NCBI GenBank assembly: GCA_965216325.1
Contig: OZ244160.1
Location: forward strand, 256,001 to 320,000
Length of the DNA stretch: 64,000 nucleotides
Direction of reading: 5' to 3'
DNA from: Coraliomargarita sp.
GTDB taxonomy: Bacteria > Verrucomicrobiota > Verrucomicrobiia > Opitutales > Coraliomargaritaceae
The notes under the pieces were generated by a model. That model did no database searches and was not told the origin of the DNA. It saw only the letters and a list, made by a program, of their open reading frames with translations. The position numbers and the translations under genes were made by a program. Of this stretch, positions 1-9,941 are shown piece after piece (within the stretch, counting starts at the first letter, position 1; each line of letters opens with the position of its first letter).

Positions 1-1065
1 AAGGGGATCGCGCTGGGTCTTGAAGTGCAGGACTACATGAACGACAAGGTCAGCACGACTCAGCTGGGGGGGTGTCAGACCGTGAAAGTCGACGATGAGG
101 ACTACGAGCGCTTTCTTGAGGAGCACGGCGTTGATCTTGCGCCGGAGAATACCAGTCACCTGTTTATCAACGAATACGTCTATATCACCAACGGCGAGTT
201 TCGCCAGCCGGCGCGCTACCGTGGTGATGGCCAGCTCGAAGCCCTGATCGTGGGCGAGGGCGTCGGTATCCGAATTCCAAAGGGCATTCGTATCAATCCG
301 CTCAATGAAGAACAACGCATGTTGATGGATGCGCTGCTCGACGAGGATATCAAGTTGATCACCTGCTGCGGTAAAGCCGGCACGGGTAAGACGCTGGTTT
401 CCATTGCGATGGCGCTCTACCAAACCTTGGGCGAAGATAACTTGTTTGAGCGTGTCTTCATCACACGTCCATTGGTGCACATCGGCCGCGACACGGGTGC
501 GCTGCCAGGCACGCTGGAAGAAAAGATGGCGCCCTACATCGCGCCGTTCTACGACAACCTCGAAGTACTCTTTAGTAATCGCAAGGTCGCCAAGAAAGAC
601 GAAGAGGCGAACGAGCAAGCGCGCCTTGACCGCATTACTTCCAATCGCAAGCGTAAGAAGGCGATGGCGAAACTCGCCAAGCAGCCAGCGCAGAATGAGA
701 GCGAAGAGGACGAAATCAACGGCCCACGCAAGCCTTACCAGTTCCTGTTCGACTACGGGATGGTCAATGTCGAGGCGATGACCTTCATCCGCGGTCGCTC
801 ATTGGCGAACACGATCTTCATCATCGATGAAGCACAGAACCTCACACCGCACGAAGCGAAGACGGTTGTCAGTCGTATGGCCGAGGGCTCCAAGGTGATC
901 CTGCTCGGTGATCCGGATCAGGTGGACAGCATGTTCCTTGACGCAACGTCGAACGGCCTCGTGCACACCGCACAACGTCTGAAGGGTACTGAGATTACGG
1001 CCCATCTCGAGTTGACGACGGGTGTGCGTTCCGAGCTCGCGGACCTTGCCGCTGATTTGTTGTAG
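1..1065 (+). CDS. PhoH-family ATPase (PIN-PhoH type), 5'-truncated by the window edge
   Basis: Frame is open from base 1 ([12 protein letters not shown], like the end of a PIN domain); Walker [15 protein letters not shown] and IIDEAQN PhoH motifs; LLGDPDQVD. Confidence 0.9.
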   Translation, partial: KGIALGLEVQDYMNDKVSTTQLGGCQTVKVDDEDYERFLEEHGVDLAPENTSHLFINEYVYITNGEFRQPARYRGDGQLEALIVGEGVGIRIPKGIRINPLNEEQRMLMDALLDEDIKLITCCGKAGTGKTLVSIAMALYQTLGEDNLFERVFITRPLVHIGRDTGALPGTLEEKMAPYIAPFYDNLEVLFSNRKVAKKDEEANEQARLDRITSNRKRKKAMAKLAKQPAQNESEEDEINGPRKPYQFLFDYGMVNVEAMTFIRGRSLANTIFIIDEAQNLTPHEAKTVVSRMAEGSKVILLGDPDQVDSMFLDATSNGLVHTAQRLKGTEITAHLELTTGVRSELADLAADLL

Positions 1066-1070
1066 AACTG

Positions 1071-1096
1071 GTTGGAGTCCCGCCTTTAGGCGGATT
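1071..1096. repeat. REP-like palindrome (CCGCCTTTAGGCGG family)
   Basis: gttggagtcccgcctttaggcggatt is the reverse complement of near-identical copies at 43468-43493 and about 43715-43740. Confidence 0.75.
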
Positions 1097-1280
1097 TGAA
1101 GACGAATTTTCCTTTGCTACGACGCATGTGAGTCGGGGCTTTGCTTGCCTTCGACCATGAGCTCAGGCCGAATGGCGAAGCCCGCAGTCTGGAACGGCGA
1201 CTCTGACGCGGCGGGCGTCGCAAGCAACGCCCCTACAATTTGGAATTAAATCGCTCTGTTTGATGAGGGCTTTCTGAGCA

Positions 1281-2195
1281 TCATGGCTTCTGCAGCGATA
1301 CCTGTCCCTTCGTCGGAAACTCAGCTGGCGCTTCGGTAGGCACATCTGCGCCCGCCGCCCACCGTACGGCTCGCTGAAGAATAGTTTGAAAGCCGCGGCA
1401 ACGCATGCCGGGAGGGGCCTCACTCAACTTGTGCCAGTGATGGCCGAAGGTGGAGGTGTAAATGCGTCCCTTGCCGTAGCTGACGACCCATTCTGTTGGG
1501 AAGTGGATCCCTGTTTTCTCATCTTGCGCGTAAGACAGCACTGTCAGATTCTCTGCGGGTCCACGGGCGTAGCGATAGATTTCGGTGTCGGCCGCCATCC
1601 ATTGCTTGGGCAAGCCTGCATGTATTGGATGCTCGCCGAGTCGTGTGATCACCGTATCGACTCGCGGACCATGCCCTGTGTGGCCACCCTCGCCAGTTGG
1701 GATGCGAATGGGCTTATCGTGTTCAATGATGATCGAGGGGCCAAAGTCATTTTTTCGCCAGCCGAGTCCAATCATTTGGTTGTATGCCTCCCATTGAGGG
1801 AAGGCGTTGTTGGCAGAGTGGAAGGCGAGCATCCCTCCGCCCTCATGAATATAGCGTTCAAAGGACGTCCGTGCGGCGTCCGGCCACGCACCCTTTTTTG
1901 AAATGTCGTTGGTGTTCTGGATGACGACCGCATAAGCTTCAAAGTCAGGATTCCATTCCGGCCAATCGGGGCTGCTTTGCGCGGGAATCGTCGAGACTTC
2001 AACTGTTAGCGCTTCATCGTGGCTTAAAATCGACTGGATCGCTTCGGTGGTTGCACGCCAGTCGTGGTTGCTGAAACCGTCGACAATCAAGACTCGAATC
2101 GAGCGTTGTGGAGTGGTATTGGATCCAAATAGAGCACTCGCGCTGAGGATGGCGAACAGTGTTCCCTGTTGGAAAAGGCTAAAGATTCGTTTCAT
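1281..2195 (-). CDS. ThuA-domain (trehalose-utilisation-like, class I GATase fold) secreted protein
   Basis: Signal peptide; VLIVDGFSNHDW, GGGMLAFHSANNAF, YGKGRIYTSTFGH motifs. Confidence 0.8.
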   Translation of the reverse strand: MKRIFSLFQQGTLFAILSASALFGSNTTPQRSIRVLIVDGFSNHDWRATTEAIQSILSHDEALTVEVSTIPAQSSPDWPEWNPDFEAYAVVIQNTNDISKKGAWPDAARTSFERYIHEGGGMLAFHSANNAFPQWEAYNQMIGLGWRKNDFGPSIIIEHDKPIRIPTGEGGHTGHGPRVDTVITRLGEHPIHAGLPKQWMAADTEIYRYARGPAENLTVLSYAQDEKTGIHFPTEWVVSYGKGRIYTSTFGHHWHKLSEAPPGMRCRGFQTILQRAVRWAAGADVPTEAPAEFPTKGQVSLQKP

Positions 2196-2207
2196 CTAAT
2201 TTTAAAT

Positions 2208-2633
2208 TTAGGAGCGCTCGATCCGTGCTTTGAGAATCTCAAGGAATTCCTCACGATTCACAGGTGAGATCAAGGCGGTGCCTTTGCGGTGTTTGATTTT
2301 GAGCCGTTTGAGTGAAAGTGCCGGAGAGCTCAGCGGACAGGAACTCAGGCTAACGTCGATAATGCTTTGGTAGGAGATGCGCTGTTTCAAGATGCCCGCG
2401 CGAATCTCTAACTGTTCGTCTTGCAAGGTGTAATAGCAGGGTAGGAAGATCGCGGTAAGCCCGCTGACAAAGCAGCCCGCGAGAATTGAGATGATGCCGT
2501 CTTTGGGCGAGAAGGTCAGGAAGTAGAGTCCCAGCCCAATGCAGAAGACAGGGCTGGCAATCAGTATGGTGCCGAGCCACCAATCGACGGCCGAGTTGTA
2601 TCGCTGGCCGGTCGTTTGCTCTTGCTTATGCAT
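2208..2633 (-). CDS. Bacterial PH-domain membrane protein
   Basis: Two N-terminal TM helices, then SSPALSLKRLKI...ISPVNREEFL; start at MHKQ preferred over the ORF-track start 2672. Confidence 0.7.
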   Translation of the reverse strand: MHKQEQTTGQRYNSAVDWWLGTILIASPVFCIGLGLYFLTFSPKDGIISILAGCFVSGLTAIFLPCYYTLQDEQLEIRAGILKQRISYQSIIDVSLSSCPLSSPALSLKRLKIKHRKGTALISPVNREEFLEILKARIERS

Positions 2634-2672
2634 AGGATCAGGCGGGTAGGGGCCTCGGTAGTTGGTGAACAA

Positions 2673-2990
2673 TCATTCGTCCAATGGTCTCTCAGTTTGG
2701 CAAGACCAACACTCGGACAGGAAGCCATCTACGATGCTGCCGCAGTTCGGGCAAGTCCAGTCTGGTTGATTACCGAGGTTCGGGTTTTGATAGTCTTCGA
2801 TTAACTGCTTGGCTGCTGCAACGTTTTCCGCGTTGAGAACGTAAATTGTTGGATACAGGCTTGGGATGGGGATCTCGGTAATGTTCGAGCCCGTCCAGTT
2901 CTTGATCAGCGTCGGAATGCCCGAGTCTCTAGGCACGCCGTCCAGCATGCCCACCTTCGCGGAGTCGATATCTCGGAAAACTTCGTGCAT
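2673..2990 (-). CDS. DUF2007-like protein with C-terminal zinc ribbon
   Basis: SGIPTLIKN core; WTCPNCG...ECWSCQ zinc finger. Confidence 0.7.
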   Translation of the reverse strand: MHEVFRDIDSAKVGMLDGVPRDSGIPTLIKNWTGSNITEIPIPSLYPTIYVLNAENVAAAKQLIEDYQNPNLGNQPDWTCPNCGSIVDGFLSECWSCQTERPLDE

Positions 2991-3010
2991 GGTGCTAGTG
3001 GTTCTTGGGT

Positions 3011-3718
3011 TTAGTCGATAATCCCGTCTTTGCTCTTCAGTACCTTGGTCGTGCGTTCGTTGATTTGAGTGGCGAGTGCATTGTTGCCATTATATCTGGC
3101 TAAGTCCGCCAATTGTGTGCTCTCGGTGGCGAATCGCGTCCGTGCCCAAGTTCGATGGCTCTGGTCTGTAAACATCCGATAATCCCGGAGGTAGTCTGAG
3201 TAGAGGTTCCGATATTCTTGCTCGATGTCCGTGACGTATTTGTTGATCAGCTCGTAATCCGCGTGCTTGAATGCGGTGTCTTTCATGACGATCCAGTAGC
3301 GATCTGTCTGTTTTGGATACTGCAGTTCGACTTCTTTGAAGAGTGTGAGTGTGCGTTGATCCGCTTTCAACTCACGGTTGATGGAGCTGACGTCATGAAA
3401 GAGCTCAAAGGAGCCCGCGCCGTTCTTAATCAGCGCTTCTTTTTCGTCACGAATTGCTTTCAGTTTATCCAGTGCCGGTGGATAGTTTTTGCCCAGACGG
3501 ACCCAGTCGCTGAGGGCGAAGGAGAGGCGCACCCCTGCCATGGAAGGCTGATGCTCTAGCGCGTGGTAATGAAACCAGACCTGCCTGCCGAGTGCTTCTT
3601 CGTATTGCCCAGCCTTGGTGATGCGTCGTGTTTCCTGCAGGTAGGCCTGCATGTCTTTTGCCTGAAGTGACGTTGTGATTGCTATCAGAACCGAGAGAAG
3701 CAGAGGAAGTGATTTCAT
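3011..3718 (-). CDS. Hypothetical secreted helical protein
   Basis: 235-aa ORF with signal peptide, co-oriented with its neighbours. Confidence 0.6.
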   Translation of the reverse strand: MKSLPLLLSVLIAITTSLQAKDMQAYLQETRRITKAGQYEEALGRQVWFHYHALEHQPSMAGVRLSFALSDWVRLGKNYPPALDKLKAIRDEKEALIKNGAGSFELFHDVSSINRELKADQRTLTLFKEVELQYPKQTDRYWIVMKDTAFKHADYELINKYVTDIEQEYRNLYSDYLRDYRMFTDQSHRTWARTRFATESTQLADLARYNGNNALATQINERTTKVLKSKDGIID

Positions 3719-3909
3719 GACACGTGAATGGTGCTAACGTTTTTAGGGGATGACAAGGTTTGTTCGGTACAAAACCGCTGTGGAGATAGGCGTGTGAGAG
3801 AGAACCTCTGTTGGAATTCGGATTCGGATTACGATTCGAGAGCCCTTGGTTTGCTGGCTTGACTGCGAGGCGGTTGGGGGCTGTCTTCGGCGTCTGAATT
3901 TTACTTCCA

Positions 3910-5181
3910 ATGATCGACATTAAGCTCCTTCGTGAGCAGCCGGAGTTCGTCCGTGCTGCGATTGCCAACAAAAAGTTCTCTTGCGACATCGACGCCGTGC
4001 TCGAACTCGATGCGACCCGTCGTGCCAAGATTACTGAGGCGGAGCAGGCGCGCGCGCAGCAGAAGGCTGCCAATCAGGAGATGGCGGCACTCGCAAAGGG
4101 CTCTCCCGAATTCTTGGAGAAGGTGAAGGAGATGAAGGCGATCGCCGGTCGCGCTAAGGAGCTCGAAGTCGAGTCCAAAGCTGCGGACGAAGCGTTTCAG
4201 GAGGCCTTCCTCGGTATTCCGAATCTGCCGGACCCTTCGGTTCCGGTGGGCAAGGGCGAGGACGAGAATGTGGTCGCTTCGACTTGGGGGGATGCGGATG
4301 CAGCCTTTCCGAATGCATTGCCGCACTTTGACATTCCTTGGTTTGAGTCGCGTATTGATTTCGCGCGTGGCGTGAAGACCGCGGGTGCTGGTTTCCCATT
4401 TTACGTGGGCGAAATGTCCCGTATGGTCCGAGCCTTGGTGAATTTCTTCCTGCAGGAGGCGCAGAACAACGGCTACGAAGAGGTGTTGCCTCCAATCGTG
4501 GTGAATGCGGCGAGTGCCACTGCGACCGGTCAGCTTCCCGATAAAGAAGGCCAAATGTATGTCGACGAGAACGAAGGCCTTTACCTGATCCCAACAGCGG
4601 AGGTGCCGGTCACCAATTTCTATCGTGACGAGATTTTGGATGCGGAAAAACTGCCGATCTACCGCTGCGCATACACACCGTGCTTCCGTCGTGAGGCAGG
4701 CAGTTGGGGCGCCCACGTGCGTGGCCTGAATCGTCTGCACCAGTTCGACAAGGTGGAGTTGGTCAAGTGGACCGACGCCGAAAGCAGCATGGAAGAGCTC
4801 GAGAAGTTGCGTGAAAACGTCGAAGCGACGCTGCAAAAGCTTGAGCTGCCGTATCGTGTGCTGCGTATGTGCACGGGCGACATCGGTTTCCCACACGCGA
4901 AACAATACGACCTTGAAGTATTTGCGGCGGGTCAAAAGCGCTGGCTGGAGGTGTCGAGCTGCTCGAACTTTACTGATTTCCAAGCGCGTCGTGCGGGTAT
5001 TCGCTACCGTGGTGCCGATGGCAAACCGGTGACTGCACACACGCTCAATGGCTCTGGTCTTGCGGTGCCGCGCGTGCTTGCCGCGATTCTTGAAAACAAT
5101 TTACAGGAAGACGGCCGTGTAAAGGTGCCTGACTGCCTGCAATACTGGATGCAGCAGGAGTTCATTGGCGAGGCCAAGTAG
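3910..5181 (+). CDS. serS: Serine--tRNA ligase
   Basis: N-terminal coiled coil; LIPTAEVP, CFRREAG, RLHQFDKVEL, EVSSCSN, HTLNGSGLA. Confidence 0.98.
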   Translation: MIDIKLLREQPEFVRAAIANKKFSCDIDAVLELDATRRAKITEAEQARAQQKAANQEMAALAKGSPEFLEKVKEMKAIAGRAKELEVESKAADEAFQEAFLGIPNLPDPSVPVGKGEDENVVASTWGDADAAFPNALPHFDIPWFESRIDFARGVKTAGAGFPFYVGEMSRMVRALVNFFLQEAQNNGYEEVLPPIVVNAASATATGQLPDKEGQMYVDENEGLYLIPTAEVPVTNFYRDEILDAEKLPIYRCAYTPCFRREAGSWGAHVRGLNRLHQFDKVELVKWTDAESSMEELEKLRENVEATLQKLELPYRVLRMCTGDIGFPHAKQYDLEVFAAGQKRWLEVSSCSNFTDFQARRAGIRYRGADGKPVTAHTLNGSGLAVPRVLAAILENNLQEDGRVKVPDCLQYWMQQEFIGEAK

Positions 5182-5250
5182 GGGAAATTAGGCCAAATTG
5201 CATCAAGGCGTAGGCTTGCACTTCTTTAATTAGTATAGAGACTTCTTCTC

Positions 5251-5472
5251 ATGGATGCCTTCATGCAGTCTTTGGTGAACCGCGATATCATTGCGTGGGT
5301 CATTGTCGCCGTTGTTTTAATCATTGGCTTGAAGCTCCTGAAGAGTGCAGGCAAAGGCTTCTTCATCTTTTTGTGTGTCATTGGCCTGATCGTATTCATT
5401 GGAAAATTCTTCCCTGGTGTGATGGAGCCGTTCACGAACTTTGTGCAAGGCGGCTGGTTGCAGAATAAGTAG
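5251..5472 (+). CDS. Small membrane protein
   Basis: 73 aa with two hydrophobic helices, between serS and proS. Confidence 0.6.
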   Translation: MDAFMQSLVNRDIIAWVIVAVVLIIGLKLLKSAGKGFFIFLCVIGLIVFIGKFFPGVMEPFTNFVQGGWLQNK

Positions 5473-5560
5473 ACTCTGTGGTGCCGCTGTGCTGTTTTCC
5501 TGCGCACGGATGCAATTTGGCATTGCAGGCTAGAGCTGGGCAGATTTGCTAGCTGCCCTT

Positions 5561-7081
5561 ATGGCTAAGCAGGCAAAAACCGCAATTACTCCTACCCGCG
5601 AGGAGAATTATCCTGAATGGTATCAACAGGTCGTAAAGGCTGCTGATCTGGCAGAGACCTCGCCCGTTCGTGGCTGCATGGTGATCAAGCCATGGGGTTA
5701 CGCCATCTGGGAGAATATCCAGCGCGAGCTCGACCGTCGTTTCAAGGAAACTGGTCACAAGAACGCTTATTTCCCACTCTTCATTCCGATGAGCTTCCTC
5801 CAGAAGGAGGCCGACCACGTTGAAGGCTTTGCCAAGGAATGTGCGGTGGTGACGCACTCGCGCCTTGAAGCGGACGAAGACGGCAAGCTCCAGCCTGCGG
5901 GCCCACTTGAGGAGCCGCTTATCGTGCGCCCGACCTCCGAGACCATCATTGGTGAACTCTTTTCGAAGTGGGTGCAGTCCTACCGCGACCTGCCACTGCT
6001 GATCAATCAATGGGCCAATGTCGTGCGTTGGGAAATGCGCACTCGTCTGTTCCTCCGCACCGCGGAGTTCCTCTGGCAGGAAGGCCACACCGTCCACGCA
6101 ACTTCTGATGAGGCGATGGAAGAAACCCGCAAGATGCTCGAAGTCTACGCCGACTTCGCAGAGAGCTACATGGCGGTGCCGGTGATTACCGGTGAAAAGA
6201 CCGAAGCCGAGCGTTTCCCGGGGGCGGATGCCACCTTCGCGATCGAAGCAATGATGCAAGACCGCAAGGCGTTGCAAGCGGGCACCTCGCACTTCCTTGG
6301 TCAGAACTTTGCGAAGTCCAGCGACATCAAATACCTCAGCTCCGAGGGCAAAGAGGAATATGCATGGACCACCTCATGGGGTGTGTCGACTCGCCTTGTC
6401 GGTGGTTTGATTATGACCCACTCGGACGATGACGGTCTTGTGCTGCCGCCGCGTATTGCGCCATCTCACGTGGTCATCATTCCGGTCACTCCGAAGGAGG
6501 AGACCCGACAGCAAGTGCTCGACTATTGCCTGGAACTCAAGGCTGAGCTCGAAGCGCAGAACTTCCTCGATGAGCGCGTGAAGGTGGAGTTTGACGACCG
6601 CGACATCCGCGGTGGTGAAAAGACCTGGGGCTGGATCAAGAAGGGCATTCCTGTCCGCGTAGAAGTCGGCCCACGCGACATGGAGAGCAATTCGGTCTTT
6701 GTCGGTCGCCGTGACCGTGCGCCAAAGGACAAGCAAGGCATTGACCGCGCTGAGTTCGTTGGAGGTATTTCTGCACTGCTCGACGACATTCAGGACAACC
6801 TGCTCGCGCGTGCGAAGAAGTTCCGCAAGGAGCACACCAAGGAAATCACTTCCGAAGCAGAGTTCATCGAGTTCTTTACTCCAAAGAACAAGAACAACCC
6901 TGAGATTCACGGTGGTTTTGCATCCATGGGCTTCTGCTGTGACTCTGAACTCGAAGATCAGATCGCGAAGAAATACAAGGTCACTGTGCGCTGTATCCCG
7001 AATGCGACCCTCAACGAAGAGGTCCCGTGTGTGTTTACCGGCAAGCCGGGCAAGCGCGTGATTTTCGCGAAGTCGTATTAA
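5561..7081 (+). CDS. proS: Proline--tRNA ligase (archaeal/eukaryote-like type)
   Basis: VRPTSET, QWANVVRWE, FLWQEGHT, QAGTSHFLGQNF, TSWGVSTR; ends FAKSY. Confidence 0.98.
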   Translation: MAKQAKTAITPTREENYPEWYQQVVKAADLAETSPVRGCMVIKPWGYAIWENIQRELDRRFKETGHKNAYFPLFIPMSFLQKEADHVEGFAKECAVVTHSRLEADEDGKLQPAGPLEEPLIVRPTSETIIGELFSKWVQSYRDLPLLINQWANVVRWEMRTRLFLRTAEFLWQEGHTVHATSDEAMEETRKMLEVYADFAESYMAVPVITGEKTEAERFPGADATFAIEAMMQDRKALQAGTSHFLGQNFAKSSDIKYLSSEGKEEYAWTTSWGVSTRLVGGLIMTHSDDDGLVLPPRIAPSHVVIIPVTPKEETRQQVLDYCLELKAELEAQNFLDERVKVEFDDRDIRGGEKTWGWIKKGIPVRVEVGPRDMESNSVFVGRRDRAPKDKQGIDRAEFVGGISALLDDIQDNLLARAKKFRKEHTKEITSEAEFIEFFTPKNKNNPEIHGGFASMGFCCDSELEDQIAKKYKVTVRCIPNATLNEEVPCVFTGKPGKRVIFAKSY

Positions 7082-7087
7082 TGGACT

Positions 7088-7155
7088 CGGTAACACAGGC
7101 TTCTAGCCTGTGTCATTCATTGTCTAGGTGAAACAGGCGAGACGCCTGTTCTACG
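7088..7155. repeat. Inverted pair of REP-like palindromes (ACAGGC..GCCTGT family)
   Basis: acacaggcttctagcctgtgt and aacaggcgagacgcctgttctacg; family members also at about 43428, 43676 and 46167. Confidence 0.75.
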
Positions 7156-7241
7156 CCTCATCGCGTTCCAAAAACGCGCAACTTTCGGCACGATCTGCGG
7201 ATCAAATGGTTTTGCCTGCGGCTGTGGTCAGCCGCTAGGCT

Positions 7242-8618
7242 ATGCCCTATATCATGCAAATTACCGCAGAAGATCTTCAGCTCATCGAGAAATACAACCG
7301 GCCTGGACCACGCTATACCAGCTATCCGCCGGCGAATCATTTTCGCGAGTATAGTGACCCTGCGCCACTGTTGAAATCAGTGCGCGAGGGCGATGCACCG
7401 CTGTCCCTGTATTTTCACCTGCCGTTTTGTGAGACGCTGTGCTGGTTCTGTGGCTGCCACCAAATCACGACGCTGGATCGGGGGCGGGGGGATGACTACC
7501 TCGATTTGTTGGAGAAAGAACTGGAACTGTTTGCTCCCAATATCCCTGCTGGCCGTGAGGCCGTGCAAATGCACTTCGGTGGAGGCACGCCAAATTTCTT
7601 CGGCGCAGCGCAGATCGATCGCCTTGGGGCGATGATTGACCGCCACTTCAGCTTCACTGCCGATGCGGAAAAGTCGGTGGAGCTGGATCCGCGCCGTTTA
7701 ACTGAGGACCAAGTCGCGGCTTTTGCACGCATGGGCATTAGTCGTGCGTCCTTTGGTGTGCAGGACTGTAATCCGGAGGTGCAGGAAGCGATTCACCGCA
7801 CGCAGCCGCAGTCGATGAACGTCGAGGCCATGCAAATGCTCCGTGAGCACGGCTTTGATTCGGTCAATCTTGACCTGATCTATGGTCTACCGAAGCAGAG
7901 CCTTCCAAGTTTTGACGAAACCATTGATCAGGTGCTGGAGCTGAAGCCAGACCGCTTCGCGATTTTCAACTACGCACACGTGCCGTGGATGCGCCCTGCG
8001 CAGAAGCTGCTGGAACGTGCCGGCCTGCCGGACGCAGAAACGAAGCTGCAATTGCTGAAACTCTGCATCGAGCGCCTCACTGCGGCAGGCTATGTCTATA
8101 TCGGCATGGATCACTTTGCCTTGCCCAGCGACGAACTGGTCAAAGCGCAGCGCGAGCAGTCGCTGCAACGTAACTTCCAAGGCTATAGCACGCGTGCCGG
8201 TGTTGAGATCTGCGGTTTTGGTATTTCCAGTATTTCGCAAGGCGGCACAGGCTTCCGTCAAAATGTCAAAGATCTCGAAACCTATCGGGCGCAACTTGGA
8301 AAAGGCCAGTTGCCGATTACTAAAGGCTACGAGCTCACCGACGAGGATCGTCTCCGTGCAGATGTGATCATGCGCCTAATGTGCGACCTCTCTCTCGATT
8401 ATGGCGCGATGTCAGCCAAGTGGAACATCGACTTTAAGCAGCACTTTGCCGACGCGATCGCTCAGCTCGCCGAACCCGAGGCGGACGGGCTGATTGTGAT
8501 GACTGAGGATGGCTTCACGGTCACCGAACGTGGCCGCTTGTTCATTCGCAATTTAGCGATGTGCTTCGACGCCTATCTACAGCCAAGCGAGACAAGTCGT
8601 TATTCAAAGACGGTGTAG
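7242..8618 (+). CDS. hemN: Oxygen-independent coproporphyrinogen III oxidase
   Basis: GPRYTSYP; radical-SAM CETLCWFCGC; HFGGGTP; YIGMDHFA; RNFQGY. Confidence 0.97.
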   Translation: MPYIMQITAEDLQLIEKYNRPGPRYTSYPPANHFREYSDPAPLLKSVREGDAPLSLYFHLPFCETLCWFCGCHQITTLDRGRGDDYLDLLEKELELFAPNIPAGREAVQMHFGGGTPNFFGAAQIDRLGAMIDRHFSFTADAEKSVELDPRRLTEDQVAAFARMGISRASFGVQDCNPEVQEAIHRTQPQSMNVEAMQMLREHGFDSVNLDLIYGLPKQSLPSFDETIDQVLELKPDRFAIFNYAHVPWMRPAQKLLERAGLPDAETKLQLLKLCIERLTAAGYVYIGMDHFALPSDELVKAQREQSLQRNFQGYSTRAGVEICGFGISSISQGGTGFRQNVKDLETYRAQLGKGQLPITKGYELTDEDRLRADVIMRLMCDLSLDYGAMSAKWNIDFKQHFADAIAQLAEPEADGLIVMTEDGFTVTERGRLFIRNLAMCFDAYLQPSETSRYSKTV

Positions 8619-8694
8619 ACAAATTTAGTGGACTCTGTGCGATCCGGACTTGCCACGAGTTGTTCGGATCCTTTCTCTACATCGCTTCACACCG

Positions 8695-8780
<86 letters not shown>

Positions 8781-8865
8781 GTTGATTATCAGTGGTTTAT
8801 GGTTTCCGTTGGGCGTTTTTTTAATTGTTCTGGTTTTTGATGTGACCAGAAAGTGCCGAATCCTG

Positions 8866-9519
8866 TCAGTGCGTTTTGTATAAAACAACGCCTTGAGGTG
8901 GCGGTGCGATTTTCGGGATGCTATTCTCTACTGCCTGCGTGATGGTGTCGAAGATCCTTTTTGCACTTTCGACCTCTTCGGGGTCCGCCTTTGAGTTGTC
9001 GAGAATTAGGAAATCAGCTTCGAGTCGCATAAGGAACTCGGTTCTCTCTTTTCTGTTATCAACAAAGTGCGAGTCGTTAAGCCCCATATTAACTATATGG
9101 TAGAACCCTGCGGTGCTGGTAGCCACAAGATAGCCAGTTTCTGGGTCCTCAAAAATGTGGTTTCCGTAGTCGATCTCCTCGCATGGGTTTAGGTAGCGCA
9201 TCCCTAAGTCGGACTCTGCTTTATTTGGCCAAGTGTCCGACTTCTTCATATTGCATGAACCTGCGCTCGGAAATAGATTTTTGTATGCGTGTCGCCGCCT
9301 GCCAGTGAGGTGTGGGTCGAAATGGTCGATGTGTATGCCACTCGCTCCGCCAGCCTTAGACTCATGAAGCATGGAGAAGGCACATCGCTTCTTGAAGTCT
9401 CTCTCGATCTCTTTGCGAGAATGCTTGCGGTAGGTGTTATCCGTCAGGATTCGCAACTTACCATCGCTCTTTTTGGGCGCTGGGCCTCTCTTAATACGCG
9501 ACTTTTTCCGCGGAGACAT
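8866..9519 (-). CDS. HNH-family endonuclease (cargo; putative toxin/defence effector)
   Basis: IDHFDP...YKNLFPSAGSCNMKK...YLNPC; the ATG at 9519 lies inside the 3' end of the upstream gene. Confidence 0.75.
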   Translation of the reverse strand: MSPRKKSRIKRGPAPKKSDGKLRILTDNTYRKHSRKEIERDFKKRCAFSMLHESKAGGASGIHIDHFDPHLTGRRRHAYKNLFPSAGSCNMKKSDTWPNKAESDLGMRYLNPCEEIDYGNHIFEDPETGYLVATSTAGFYHIVNMGLNDSHFVDNRKERTEFLMRLEADFLILDNSKADPEEVESAKRIFDTITQAVENSIPKIAPPPQGVVLYKTH

Positions 9520-9916
9520 AGTGGTCAAACGCGTTTAGGAGATTTCGAAACGCTTGCTTACGCTCATATTCTTTAATGCGCTCCTCTGTTGTGCATTGAT
9601 CTAGCGCATCTTCTCGAGCATCGTAGAGCTCCTGAAATTCACGATCTTCAGCTTCACTTGTCTTTTGCTGCGCTTTTAGGAGCATGAGTTCGCTAAAACG
9701 CCCCTTTGCCTGCTCATTCCACTCTACGGGAACCCGAACCCTTGCAGTGGCTGTCGGAGTGGATTCTTTACCAACTGATACTGGCCGCGGCCTTTCAATT
9801 GTTGCGGTGCACTCTAATTCAGTTGCTGATGATGCACTAGCAATAGTTCCTGCCATGCCTACCCCAAGGGCGACAGCAACGGTAGCTGGCTTTGTGTATT
9901 GAATCTTAGACTTCAT
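9491..9916 (-). CDS. Hypothetical cargo protein, putative antitoxin partner of the HNH
   Basis: 141 aa; charged helical C-half RFSELMLLKAQQKTSEAEDREFQEL; overlaps the HNH start. Confidence 0.55.
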   Translation of the reverse strand: MKSKIQYTKPATVAVALGVGMAGTIASASSATELECTATIERPRPVSVGKESTPTATARVRVPVEWNEQAKGRFSELMLLKAQQKTSEAEDREFQELYDAREDALDQCTTEERIKEYERKQAFRNLLNAFDHYVSAEKVAY

Positions 9917-9941
9917 TAGATCAGGAACTTCAATGCTTACA

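Noticed and set aside
1281..3760. Integron cassette array in the run of small minus-strand genes
   Set aside because: Genes are nearly abutting, with no repeated attC-like palindromes and no integron integrase
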